From assembly GCA_046483305.1 (NCBI GenBank), contig JAWODM010000051.1, positions 1 to 15,969 of the forward strand: 15,969 nt of DNA, read 5' to 3'. Under the pieces are notes generated by a model that did not search any database, had not been told where the DNA came from, and saw only the letters and a program-made list of their open reading frames with translations. The stretch comes from Candidatus Krumholzibacteriales bacterium. Lineage in GTDB: Bacteria; Krumholzibacteriota; Krumholzibacteriia; Krumholzibacteriales; WJIX01. Positions 1-8,153 of this stretch are shown in pieces. How positions within the stretch are numbered: position 1 is the first letter of the stretch; the number at the start of each line of letters is the position of its first letter. Position numbers and translations under genes: made by a program.

Positions 1-289
1 CCGGCTGTATACCCTCTTAAATTGGAGTACTCCGGGATTCCCGCGTTGTCCACATCCACCGTTGGCGGCAGATATTCTGCCATCCGCATGCCCTGTGAAA
101 TATAATCATTCCATAATTCATTATAACCCCGGTGTTCTAAAATCGATTCCTTCCCGGTTATCCTTTAATCAGGCGCCTTTGGTAGTAGATACTCCAAAAT
201 CTCATATTCCTGGCGGTCCGGCCGGTATTATGGAATGCTACTTGCATTTCAGGGATTGCAATATTTCTGATAGCTCAGGATTTTAATGG

Positions 290-319
290 TTTACAGGAAT
301 ATTATAATTGCTCTATAGT
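290..319 (+). promoter_or_regulatory. Candidate sigma70-type promoter for the lipoprotein gene
   Basis: TTTACA (290-295), 18 nt spacer, TATAGT (314-319); an alternative TATAAT lies at 303-308. AT-rich stretch about 50 nt upstream of the ATG at 370. Confidence 0.35.
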
Positions 320-369
320 CAAATAAATTGTTATTGCGGGTATTCGAGGATTCGAAGAAAGGAGTCTAA

Positions 370-1134
370 ATGATGAACCGCAGATTCACTGTTCTGGTTC
401 TTCTGGCTGTTGCAACCTTTATTATTACTGGCTGTGGTGAAGACGGCGCGGTAGGACCAGAGGGCGACAAAGGCGACCCCGGTTCTCCACAGCCGATTAA
501 AGTACTGGTGGCTGGAGCTAACCCCCCGGAAACACTGCAGGACCTTATTATCGAGGCTACCAGACTTGAGGTATTTCCCATAGGAACCGAACTTAACTAT
601 TTATCCGTAACCGATAGTGTACCACCACTTTCCGCGCTGAAGGAATACGACGCGGTTTTCTTTCATTCCAACTATGTTCCGGGCGAACCAGCGGCTCTGG
701 GGGATGTCCTGGCCGATTACGTCGATTCCGGGGGCGGACTGGTAATGACCCAGTACGCTTTTTCAACCAACTGGGCCGTGGGAGGCAGGATAATGACCTC
801 CGGATACTGCCCCTTCCAGGTGGCTGATGGAGCAGGGACAGCCGGCAACAGGCAGATAGATCCCGCTTCAGTCTCCATTCCGATCCACCCGATATTCAAC
901 GGAGCGGATATAAACAACCTGGTCTTCTGGGCAAACAGCAGTTTCTCGGATCCTCCCCTGGATGCAGATGCGACCCTTTTGGCCGCCGATCTGGGAGGCG
1001 CCAATGCAATTGCCATCAACGAGGACGGCAATATCGTAGCGTTGAACATGTATGCCACCTATCTGAACGAAACCTACTACTCCTCGGCCAAGGTCATGGC
1101 GAACAGCTGCCTGTATGTGGCAGGCGCCTTTTAG
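370..1134 (+). CDS. Lipoprotein with short collagen-like (Gly-X-Y)6 stalk and a class I glutamine-amidotransferase-like (ThuA/DUF4350-like) domain
   Basis: RBS AAGGAG at 359-364. Signal peptide MMNRRFTVLVLLAVATFI with lipobox ITG-C22, followed by GED GAV GPE GDK GDP GSP. 'LKEYDAVFF...LADYVDSGGGLV' is typical of GATase1-like folds. A terminator follows the gene. Confidence 0.75.
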   Translation: MMNRRFTVLVLLAVATFIITGCGEDGAVGPEGDKGDPGSPQPIKVLVAGANPPETLQDLIIEATRLEVFPIGTELNYLSVTDSVPPLSALKEYDAVFFHSNYVPGEPAALGDVLADYVDSGGGLVMTQYAFSTNWAVGGRIMTSGYCPFQVADGAGTAGNRQIDPASVSIPIHPIFNGADINNLVFWANSSFSDPPLDADATLLAADLGGANAIAINEDGNIVALNMYATYLNETYYSSAKVMANSCLYVAGAF

Positions 1135-1165
1135 GCCTGAACGGGGTATACACTTTTAAGAAGCA

Positions 1166-1206
1166 AAGCCCGCCCGGCTCAACAAACCGGGCGGGCTTAT
1201 TCTTTC
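1166..1206. terminator. Intrinsic terminator, probably bidirectional, between convergent genes
   Basis: Perfect 12-bp stem AAGCCCGCCCGG (1166-1177) / CCGGGCGGGCTT (1187-1198) with a 9-nt loop. T-rich tail on + (TTATTCTTT) and a weaker one on - (TTTGCTTCTT). Confidence 0.85.
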
Positions 1207-1234
1207 CCATTCTGTTTTATCTGATTCCAGGGTG

Positions 1235-1744
1235 CTAACCCAGCTTCTTCCTGGTGTACGGGACCAGGCCGCCGGCGTCGAATATCTCCTGGGCCTTGCC
1301 CGAGAGCGGGCTGAAGCTGAATTCGCTACCCCCTATTCTGATAATACCCTTTTCCGGGTCAAGGACCGCTTCGGTCTTTTCCAGTTCATCCCGGTTCTTC
1401 CGGGCGAAACCTGACGCCTCCGGGCATTCAATGGCATAGAGCGCCTGATTGATGGCGTTCCTGTAGTATATCCTTGCGAAAGAAGAGGCGATTATCGCCT
1501 TCACTCCGGCGTATTTGAGGGTCTTTACCGCCTGTTCCCGGCTGGAGCCGCAACCGAAGTTGGCCCCGGCTATTATCATATCACCCTCCCGCACACTCCC
1601 GGCGAAGGAGGGGTCGTAATCCTCAAGGGCGTGAGAGGCCATCTCCTGCTCGTCGAACAGCTCGTAGGTATACTTGCCCGGATAGATTACATCGGTATTT
1701 ATATCGTCATCGTCCAGGATCCAGATTCTGCCTTCCAACTCCAT
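1235..1744 (-). CDS. Aconitase-family hydro-lyase small subunit (LeuD/HacB/DmdB type)
   Basis: Motifs DDINTDVIYPGKY, NFGCGSSREQA (catalytic Ser) and SFARIYYRNAIN. RBS AAGGAGGAG upstream; gene lies directly downstream of the large subunit. Confidence 0.92.
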   Translation of the reverse strand: MELEGRIWILDDDDINTDVIYPGKYTYELFDEQEMASHALEDYDPSFAGSVREGDMIIAGANFGCGSSREQAVKTLKYAGVKAIIASSFARIYYRNAINQALYAIECPEASGFARKNRDELEKTEAVLDPEKGIIRIGGSEFSFSPLSGKAQEIFDAGGLVPYTRKKLG

Positions 1745-1758
1745 CTCTCCTCCTTGCC

Positions 1759-3012
1759 TTACAGATATGGTGATACTATTCTGCCTTCCAGGGCGGAAGC
1801 GGCCACCGTGGCCGGGCTGGCCAGGTACACTCCTGTATCCTCGCGGCAGCCCATCCTCCCCTTGAAATTCCTGTTGGCGGTGGAGACGCAGTTCTCGCCG
1901 GGCGCCAGCACTCCGCCGTAAGCTCCCAGGCAGGGGCCGCAGGCGGGTACAGCTATCTGGGCTCCTGAATCGAGCAGTTTCCCTATCAGCCCCTCCGCCT
2001 CCGCCTTCTGCATAACCTTCCTGGAAGCGGGATATACCAGAAGCCTCACTCCCGGCTTTATAACCCGGCCGTCCAGAACCTCCGCCGCCTCCCTGAGGTC
2101 TTCCAGCCTTCCGTTGGTGCAGGTCCCCAGAAGGGCGACATCTATCACTGTCTCCTCCAGCTCGGATACAGGAACCACATTGTCCACCTTGTGAGGTTTC
2201 GCTACCTGGGGCCCGATTGAGGAAACGTCTATCTCCAAACTCTTTTCATACTCCGCGTCATCATCAGGAAACAGGGGGTGAAAATCTTCCGACCCGGCGC
2301 TCCTGAGCCATTCCTCGGTGACGCTGTCGAAGGGGACCATTCCCGCCTTGGCGCCCATCTCCGCTGACATGTTGCAGATGGTCATTCTTCCGGCGACATC
2401 CATCTTCTCCACCGCCGGGCCGCGAAACTCCACCGCCTTATAGGTGGCTCCGTCGGCGGTCATCTTCCCGATTATGTACAGGATGATATCCTTGGCCACC
2501 ACGCCTTCAGGGGCGGTTCCGGCAAGCTCAATCCTGATACTCTCCGGCACCTTCAACCAGGTCTCTCCCAGGGCCCACACACTGGCCGTCTCGGTCCTTC
2601 CGATCGGTATACCGGCGGCCCCGAATGCCCCGTGAGTGGTGGTATGCGAATCTGAACCGAATATAACCACCCCGGGCTTGACATGGCCGTATTCGGGCAG
2701 CACCTGGTGGCAGATACCGGTTCCCCCTTCGTAGAAGTGTTTTATCCCCTGTTCGGCAACGAACTCCCTTATCATGGTATGACTTCTGGCCTTCTTGTCG
2801 TCCGGCGGGGGCACTGCATGGTCCAGTGCAATGAATATACGGCCGGGGTCCCAGACCTTTTTCCCTCCCAGCTTCTCGAATATCCCCAGTATCGCAGCTG
2901 AGTTGTCATGCGAGAGAATCCTGTGAGGCCGGGCGAAGACTATATCACCGGCCGAGACAGAATCATTGCCGGATGAACGGGCCAGAATCTTTTCGATCAT
3001 AGTCGATCCCAT
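1759..3012 (-). CDS. Aconitase-family hydro-lyase large subunit (LeuC/HacA/DmdA type), canonical active site
   Basis: MGSTMIEKIL start; motifs SHDN, ALDH, GICHQ, DSHTTT; [4Fe-4S] ligands GTCTNG and ACGPCLG; C-terminal STANRNFKGRMG and YLASPATVAASA. Confidence 0.93.
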   Translation of the reverse strand: MGSTMIEKILARSSGNDSVSAGDIVFARPHRILSHDNSAAILGIFEKLGGKKVWDPGRIFIALDHAVPPPDDKKARSHTMIREFVAEQGIKHFYEGGTGICHQVLPEYGHVKPGVVIFGSDSHTTTHGAFGAAGIPIGRTETASVWALGETWLKVPESIRIELAGTAPEGVVAKDIILYIIGKMTADGATYKAVEFRGPAVEKMDVAGRMTICNMSAEMGAKAGMVPFDSVTEEWLRSAGSEDFHPLFPDDDAEYEKSLEIDVSSIGPQVAKPHKVDNVVPVSELEETVIDVALLGTCTNGRLEDLREAAEVLDGRVIKPGVRLLVYPASRKVMQKAEAEGLIGKLLDSGAQIAVPACGPCLGAYGGVLAPGENCVSTANRNFKGRMGCREDTGVYLASPATVAASALEGRIVSPYL

Positions 3013-3013
3013 A

Positions 3014-4924
3014 TCAACCTTCCTCTCCTGAATACGCGAAAAGGCCTCCCGTCCTGAATATATCCACCTGAACCGAGGGGGGCTTCTCCGCGGTTATAAC
3101 TTCTCCGTTGGAGCGGGTTATCTTCCCTTCGCTGAAATTGATTTCCAGCTCTTCTCCCTCCTCCAGCATATCCGCCGTCAGCTCCGGTATCTCCAGGAAT
3201 GGAAAACCGGAGTTAATGATATTCCTCTTGTAGATCGCGCCGGTTGACCTGGTTATAATCAGGCCGGCGCCCAGAGATATGAAACAGTCCACCGCCTGCT
3301 GGCGGCTGGAGCCGCAGCCGAAGTTGCCGCCGGCTATGATTATGTCATTCTCCCTGACACTTCCGGCGAAATCCCCGTAACCCTCCAGGGTCTCGAAGGT
3401 ATGCGCCCCCATATCCTTCAGGTCGGTTATGGAGAGATACTTATTATGGAATATCATATCGGTATCTATATCATCCATCAGCTCTCCATCGGCGGTGGTA
3501 ATCAGACGTGCCCGGCCTCTGATAATCCCATCGGAACCGGCCGGAGCCGTCTTTCCGGCGCCCTCTCTGGCCCGGACTTCCCCGCTTTCTCCGCCGTCCT
3601 CCTTGAGCCAGGAGATAATGGAAAGCTCCGGATAATCATCGAAACTCTCGTCCGGAATAAAATCCATCAGGCCGGCGCCGCTGTTCAGGGGCGAAGTTAT
3701 CCGGCCCTCTATCACTGACGCCGCCGCGGTGGCGGGGCTGACCAGGTAGGTCTCGCCCTTGCCCTGCTTGCCGGCAAAGTTACGGTTGGAGGTGCTGAGC
3801 TGTATTTCGCCCTTTCCCACCATCCCTATCTGGCCGGAGGCGCAACCGCCGCAGCCGGGGTTGCTCACTATGGCCCCGGCCCTGCTGAATATCTCCAGAA
3901 CGCCTTCGTTAAGCATCCTGCTGTAGACTTCGTAGGTGGCGGGGACCACCTTGAGGGTGACCCCTTCCTTTATCCGTTTTCCCTTCAGGATGGAAGCGGC
4001 ATGAACCATATCCTCGAACCTCCCGTTGGTGCAGGAGGCCAGCACAGCGGTGTGAATCCTGGTGCCCTCGACCTCTGATACCGGCTTTACATTGGAAGGG
4101 CTGAAGGGACAGGCCGCCAGAGGCTCCAGCCCGGACAGGTCCAGAGTTACCGTTTTTTCGTACTCGGCCCCGGGGTCGGCGGTTATCTCTTCCGGTCCGG
4201 TTCCCGAGCGGTCAGCGATATATTTCATGACTTCATCATTGAGCGGGATCATCGCCGCTATGGCGCCCATCTCCGTTGCCATGGAGGCGACTGTTATCCT
4301 TCCGGAGAGACTCAGCGACTCCGCTCCCGGCCCGCTGAACTCTATAACCTTTCCCAGCGCGCCGGCCGAGCCGAGCTCTCTGATTACCGCCAGGGTTATA
4401 TCCTTGGCGGTCACCGGATACTCCACCGAGCCCTCCAGGACAACCTTCATGGAGCCGGGGACCTCAAACCAGTTCCTTCCCTGAGCCCAGATATAGGCTA
4501 TATCCCGGTCTCCCATTCCCTGGCCGAAGCAGTTAACCGCTCCCATTATGTTGAGATGGCTGTCTGTTCCGACAAAGATCTCGCCGGGCAGGGCCAGCCC
4601 CCTCTCTATCGCCACATGGGAACCTATCCCGGCGGCGGTATCGAAGACCCGCACCCCGGTCTCCTCGGCGAAGTCCCGGCAGGCCTGCTGATTGTCCGCG
4701 TACCCGGTATCCCTTGCCGGAACATTGCAGTCAAATGTAAAAAAGGTCCTGGAAGTGTCATCCACGTAGGGGGGATGATAATACTTCTTCAGGTTATTGA
4801 CCACACTGGCGCCGCCGAAATCCCTGGCGGTACGTTTGTCTATCTCGATCCAGGTCAGATCTCCCGCCCTTACCTTCTTCCCGGCATGCCTTGAAAGTAT
4901 CTTCTCGATTATTGTCTGAGCCAT
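3014..4924 (-). CDS. Fused aconitase-family hydro-lyase (LeuC-like large domain + linker + LeuD-like small domain), non-canonical active-site motifs
   Basis: Start refined to ATG 4924 (MAQTIIEKIL) after GAAGGTGG. Large domain has GTDSH, ASCTNG, GCGGCASG, STSNRNF. After an ~54-aa linker come DDIDTDMIF and NFGCGSSRQQA. The stop is 1 nt from the next ATG (3012). Confidence 0.9.
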   Translation of the reverse strand: MAQTIIEKILSRHAGKKVRAGDLTWIEIDKRTARDFGGASVVNNLKKYYHPPYVDDTSRTFFTFDCNVPARDTGYADNQQACRDFAEETGVRVFDTAAGIGSHVAIERGLALPGEIFVGTDSHLNIMGAVNCFGQGMGDRDIAYIWAQGRNWFEVPGSMKVVLEGSVEYPVTAKDITLAVIRELGSAGALGKVIEFSGPGAESLSLSGRITVASMATEMGAIAAMIPLNDEVMKYIADRSGTGPEEITADPGAEYEKTVTLDLSGLEPLAACPFSPSNVKPVSEVEGTRIHTAVLASCTNGRFEDMVHAASILKGKRIKEGVTLKVVPATYEVYSRMLNEGVLEIFSRAGAIVSNPGCGGCASGQIGMVGKGEIQLSTSNRNFAGKQGKGETYLVSPATAAASVIEGRITSPLNSGAGLMDFIPDESFDDYPELSIISWLKEDGGESGEVRAREGAGKTAPAGSDGIIRGRARLITTADGELMDDIDTDMIFHNKYLSITDLKDMGAHTFETLEGYGDFAGSVRENDIIIAGGNFGCGSSRQQAVDCFISLGAGLIITRSTGAIYKRNIINSGFPFLEIPELTADMLEEGEELEINFSEGKITRSNGEVITAEKPPSVQVDIFRTGGLFAYSGEEG

Positions 4925-4962
4925 CTCTACCACCTTCGATAGTTATTAAGACCCCGTAAAAA

Positions 4963-6075
4963 CTACAGATTTCTAATCACTTCTTCGGCTACCTCCAGGG
5001 TAGTATCGGTGCCTCCCATGTCGTAGGTCTTTACCTTCCCTTCGCTGATAACCCTGGTTATGGCCTTATCCAGGCGCGAGGCGCGGTCGGACTCTCCCAG
5101 ATACTCCAGCATCAGCCTGGTGGTAATCAGCATGGCGGTCGGATTGACCTTGTACTGGCCCGCGTACTTGGGAGCGGATCCGTGGGTGGGCTCAAAGAGG
5201 GCGAAATCTTCGCCTATGTTAGCCGAGGCGGCAAATCCGAGCCCCCCGACCAGCTGGGCGGAGAGGTCGCTTATGATATCGCCGAACATATTGGACGCCA
5301 CCAGTACGGAGTAATCCTCGGGGTTCTTAACCAGCCACATGCACATTGCATCCACGTTGGTTTCCCACAACTCTATACCAGGGTAGTCTTTTGCGATTTT
5401 GCGGGCCTCTCTTACCATCAGGCCGCTGGTCTCGCGTATCACGTTGGGCTTCTCCACTACCGTTACGGTGGGGTAACCCATCTTCTTGGCATACTCGAAA
5501 GCGCCCCGCACTATTCTCTGGCATCCTTTCCTGGTAAAAATCCTGAGGCTGATTGCCAGATCTTCTCCGGGCGTGTCCATGAAACGGGCGAACTTCGGGT
5601 GCGATTCGTTCAGCATATTCCTGACCTTGTCTTCCACCGGATGAAATTCAACCCCGGCGTAAAGCCCTTCCGTGTTCTCCCTGAACACTACCAGGTCTAT
5701 CCCCTCCTTGAAATTAAGAGGATTGCCCGGGTATGCCTTACAGGGCCTCATATTGGTGTGAAGGTCAAATTTCTGCCTCAGGGCGACGATCGGGCTGTAG
5801 TACTTATACCCCTTGCCCTGCAGAGAGCTGTCCAGCTCTTCATTGGCTTCATCCCTCGGTTTTGAGGTTATAGCGCCGAACAGGCAGCAATCGCTCTCCT
5901 TGCACAGCTGGATAGTCCTTTCCGGCAGGGGATTCCCTTCAGATTTCCAGAACTCCCAGCCTACATCACCGGGTTTATACTCCGCTTCAAATTTAAGCCC
6001 GTCCAGGACCATTCTGGCGGCTTCCATTACGTCGTTTCCGACTCCGTCACCGGGCAGCCAGGCTATCTTGTACAT
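4963..6075 (-). CDS. Isocitrate/isopropylmalate (beta-decarboxylating) dehydrogenase family protein, homoisocitrate-DH-like, probably NADP-preferring
   Basis: Motifs LPGDGVG, SPIVALR, NMRP, FRENTEGLY, NMFGDIISD, FEPTHGSAPKYAG, VNP, KTYDMGG. RBS AAGGAGG at 6081-6087. Confidence 0.93.
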   Translation of the reverse strand: MYKIAWLPGDGVGNDVMEAARMVLDGLKFEAEYKPGDVGWEFWKSEGNPLPERTIQLCKESDCCLFGAITSKPRDEANEELDSSLQGKGYKYYSPIVALRQKFDLHTNMRPCKAYPGNPLNFKEGIDLVVFRENTEGLYAGVEFHPVEDKVRNMLNESHPKFARFMDTPGEDLAISLRIFTRKGCQRIVRGAFEYAKKMGYPTVTVVEKPNVIRETSGLMVREARKIAKDYPGIELWETNVDAMCMWLVKNPEDYSVLVASNMFGDIISDLSAQLVGGLGFAASANIGEDFALFEPTHGSAPKYAGQYKVNPTAMLITTRLMLEYLGESDRASRLDKAITRVISEGKVKTYDMGGTDTTLEVAEEVIRNL

Positions 6076-6094
6076 TTAAGCCTCCTTCTCAGTT

Positions 6095-6134
6095 ATAAAC
6101 AAGGAGCTGCCCTGCGTAATGAGCGGGCAGCTCC
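6095..6134 (-). terminator. GC-rich stem-loop (intrinsic terminator or mRNA-stabilising hairpin) between the malic enzyme and dehydrogenase genes
   Basis: Perfect 10-bp stem GGAGCTGCCC (6103-6112) / GGGCAGCTCC (6125-6134). On the minus strand it is followed by TTGTTTAT. Confidence 0.65.
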
Positions 6135-6188
6135 AACTTTCCGAATTGTTTTATCTCCGAACAGCATTTCATCAATGCCGGACCTTTT

Positions 6189-7535
6189 TTATTCCTCCGG
6201 GAGTTCAATGAACCCTTCGTCCTGAAGGCATATGAACGATTCACGTGCTTTCTTGATGGTCTCTGCAGCCATCTCGAACAGCTCTTCGCGGCTGAGGTCC
6301 AGGCGGGCTACTCCCTGCTCGATCGCCTTTCTCCCCACCGCGGCGGCCTCTCTGGGGAAGACCTCCCACTCATCCATGGTGGGGATAAGATACTCTTCGG
6401 TCATCCCCTTGTCTTCAGCGCACCTTGCCAGCTCCTCCGCCGCCGCCACGCACATTTCGTCGGTAATGGTCCTGGCCATAACATCCAGCGTTCCCCTGAA
6501 TATACCGGGGAAGCCGAGCGAGTTGTTTACCTGGTTGGGGAAATCGCTTCTTCCGGTGGCAACGATCCTTGCGCCGGCCGCCTTTGCGTCCCAGGGCCAT
6601 ATTTCAGGGATCGGGTTTGCGCAAACAAAAACAACGGCATCGTCAGCCATGGAGGCGATCCATTCCTTCTTTATGGTATCGGGGCCTACCCTTGAGAGAG
6701 CGATCAGCACATCCGCTCCCTTCATTGCTTCCGGCACTCCCCCGGTCTTGCCCTCGCCGTTGGATATCTGGGCCATGTGCCATTTCTCCTTGTACTTCTC
6801 CTTCAGTTCGTCTTCGCGGCTCTCATGGAGAATACCCTTGCTGTCGCACATGATTATATTTTCAGGTGTGACCCCCGCCACTATAATCATTCTGGCGATG
6901 CAGATATTGGCCGCCCCGGCTCCCACCATGGCGATCTTAACATCGGATATCTTCTTGCCCACGATTTTCAGGGCGTTGATCAGGCCCGCTACGGTAACAG
7001 CCGCGGTCCCCTGCTGGTCGTCATGCCATACCGGGACCCTGCACTCCTCCCGGAGCGTATCCAGCACCCTGAAGCATTTGGGCTGTGATATGTCTTCCAG
7101 GTTAAACCCGCCGAAACTCGGCTGAAGAAGCTTTACTGTCTCGATAATCTTATCCGGGTCCCTGGTGTCCAGGCAGATTGGCACAGCGTCCACTCCCCCC
7201 AGATACTTGAACAGAAGCGCTTTGCCCTCCATTACCGGCAAACCCGCCTCGGGGCCGATATCTCCCAGGCCGAGAACCCTGGTGCCGTCCGATACAACCG
7301 CAATCATATTGGCCTTGTTGGTGTGTTCGAATACTTTTTCCGGATTTTCATGTATGTCCTTGCACGGAGCGGCTACTCCCGGTGTATACCAGATGGCGAA
7401 ATCATCGAAATTGCGTATACAGCACTTAGGCATTACGCTGAACTTACCCCTGTAAAAGGGGTGAAGCTTCATGGCATCCTCAGCCGGTTTCTTCGCCTTG
7501 GCTATAAGTTCTTCTTTGGTAATCTCTTCGTTCAT
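6189..7535 (-). CDS. NAD(P)-dependent malic enzyme (short prokaryotic type, no PTA domain)
   Basis: Motifs [49 protein letters not shown] (Rossmann), [31 protein letters not shown]. Confidence 0.96.
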   Translation of the reverse strand: MNEEITKEELIAKAKKPAEDAMKLHPFYRGKFSVMPKCCIRNFDDFAIWYTPGVAAPCKDIHENPEKVFEHTNKANMIAVVSDGTRVLGLGDIGPEAGLPVMEGKALLFKYLGGVDAVPICLDTRDPDKIIETVKLLQPSFGGFNLEDISQPKCFRVLDTLREECRVPVWHDDQQGTAAVTVAGLINALKIVGKKISDVKIAMVGAGAANICIARMIIVAGVTPENIIMCDSKGILHESREDELKEKYKEKWHMAQISNGEGKTGGVPEAMKGADVLIALSRVGPDTIKKEWIASMADDAVVFVCANPIPEIWPWDAKAAGARIVATGRSDFPNQVNNSLGFPGIFRGTLDVMARTITDEMCVAAAEELARCAEDKGMTEEYLIPTMDEWEVFPREAAAVGRKAIEQGVARLDLSREELFEMAAETIKKARESFICLQDEGFIELPEE

Positions 7536-7592
7536 CGAACAACCTCCAGAAATTTAACTACGATTGGCGTGTCATAATAATACTTTCACAGC

Positions 7593-8150
7593 TCAAGACT
7601 GGCTTTCCTCAAGGAGAGCTTCCCCGGTCTTCAACCCTTCCTTGAACGCCTTCCGGTTGAGCTCCTCGGTTCCGGCAGGCACCCTGTTCAGGATTGCCTC
7701 CTGCACGGAGTCGTCCGCGGCGACTCCGGTTATCCTGGTCAGTATTCCCAGCGCCACAATATTGGTGACCACCAGCTTGCCTATCCTGTCCCTGGCGATC
7801 CTCGATACCGGCGCCTGGTAGACCCTGAAATTGCCCTCCGGCAATTCGGTAACGGTTTCGTTGTCGGTAATAAGGATACTACCCTCTTTGAGATCTGTCA
7901 CGTACTTATCGCAAGACTCCTGAGTAAGGGAAAGAAGAACATCCAGCTCTATGGCCTTGGGGTAATCTATCTCATCGTCGCTTATAACCACTTCCGCCTT
8001 GCTGGCCCCGCCCCTTGCCTCTGGGCCGTAGCTCTGGGTCTGGACAGCGTTCCTGCCTTCATGGATAGCTACCGCTTCGGCCAGTATTTTGCCGGCCAGG
8101 ATAAGGCCCTGCCCTCCCGAACCGCTTAACCTCACTTCGTATCTGTTCAT
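7593..8150 (-). CDS. korC: 2-oxoacid:ferredoxin oxidoreductase gamma subunit
   Basis: Motifs GSGGQG, QTQSYGPEARGGASKAEV and NIVALG; 3 nt downstream of the beta subunit gene. Confidence 0.93.
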   Translation of the reverse strand: MNRYEVRLSGSGGQGLILAGKILAEAVAIHEGRNAVQTQSYGPEARGGASKAEVVISDDEIDYPKAIELDVLLSLTQESCDKYVTDLKEGSILITDNETVTELPEGNFRVYQAPVSRIARDRIGKLVVTNIVALGILTRITGVAADDSVQEAILNRVPAGTEELNRKAFKEGLKTGEALLEESQS

Positions 8151-8153
8151 TGC

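Noticed and set aside
1..89. Possible minus-strand gene start running off the left edge (MRMAEYLPPTVDVDNAGIPEYSNLRGYTA)
   Set aside because: Only 29 codons visible, with no clear RBS or recognisable motif; cannot be supported.
62..286. 74-aa + strand ORF
   Set aside because: TTG start without RBS, no motif, and it overlaps the inverted-repeat/promoter region.
1235..6075. Calling these genes a plain leuBCD leucine operon
   Set aside because: No leuA/ilv genes in the window, the dehydrogenase lacks IPMDH motifs, and the hydro-lyase is duplicated; gene symbols were withheld.
6232..7125. Long + strand ORFs opposite the metabolic genes (e.g. 6232-7125, 5182-5865, 8646-9251, 9402-10223, 13768-14322) and 14829-15506 on -
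   Set aside because: Antisense shadows of well-supported genes, with no recognisable motifs; expected in GC-rich coding DNA.
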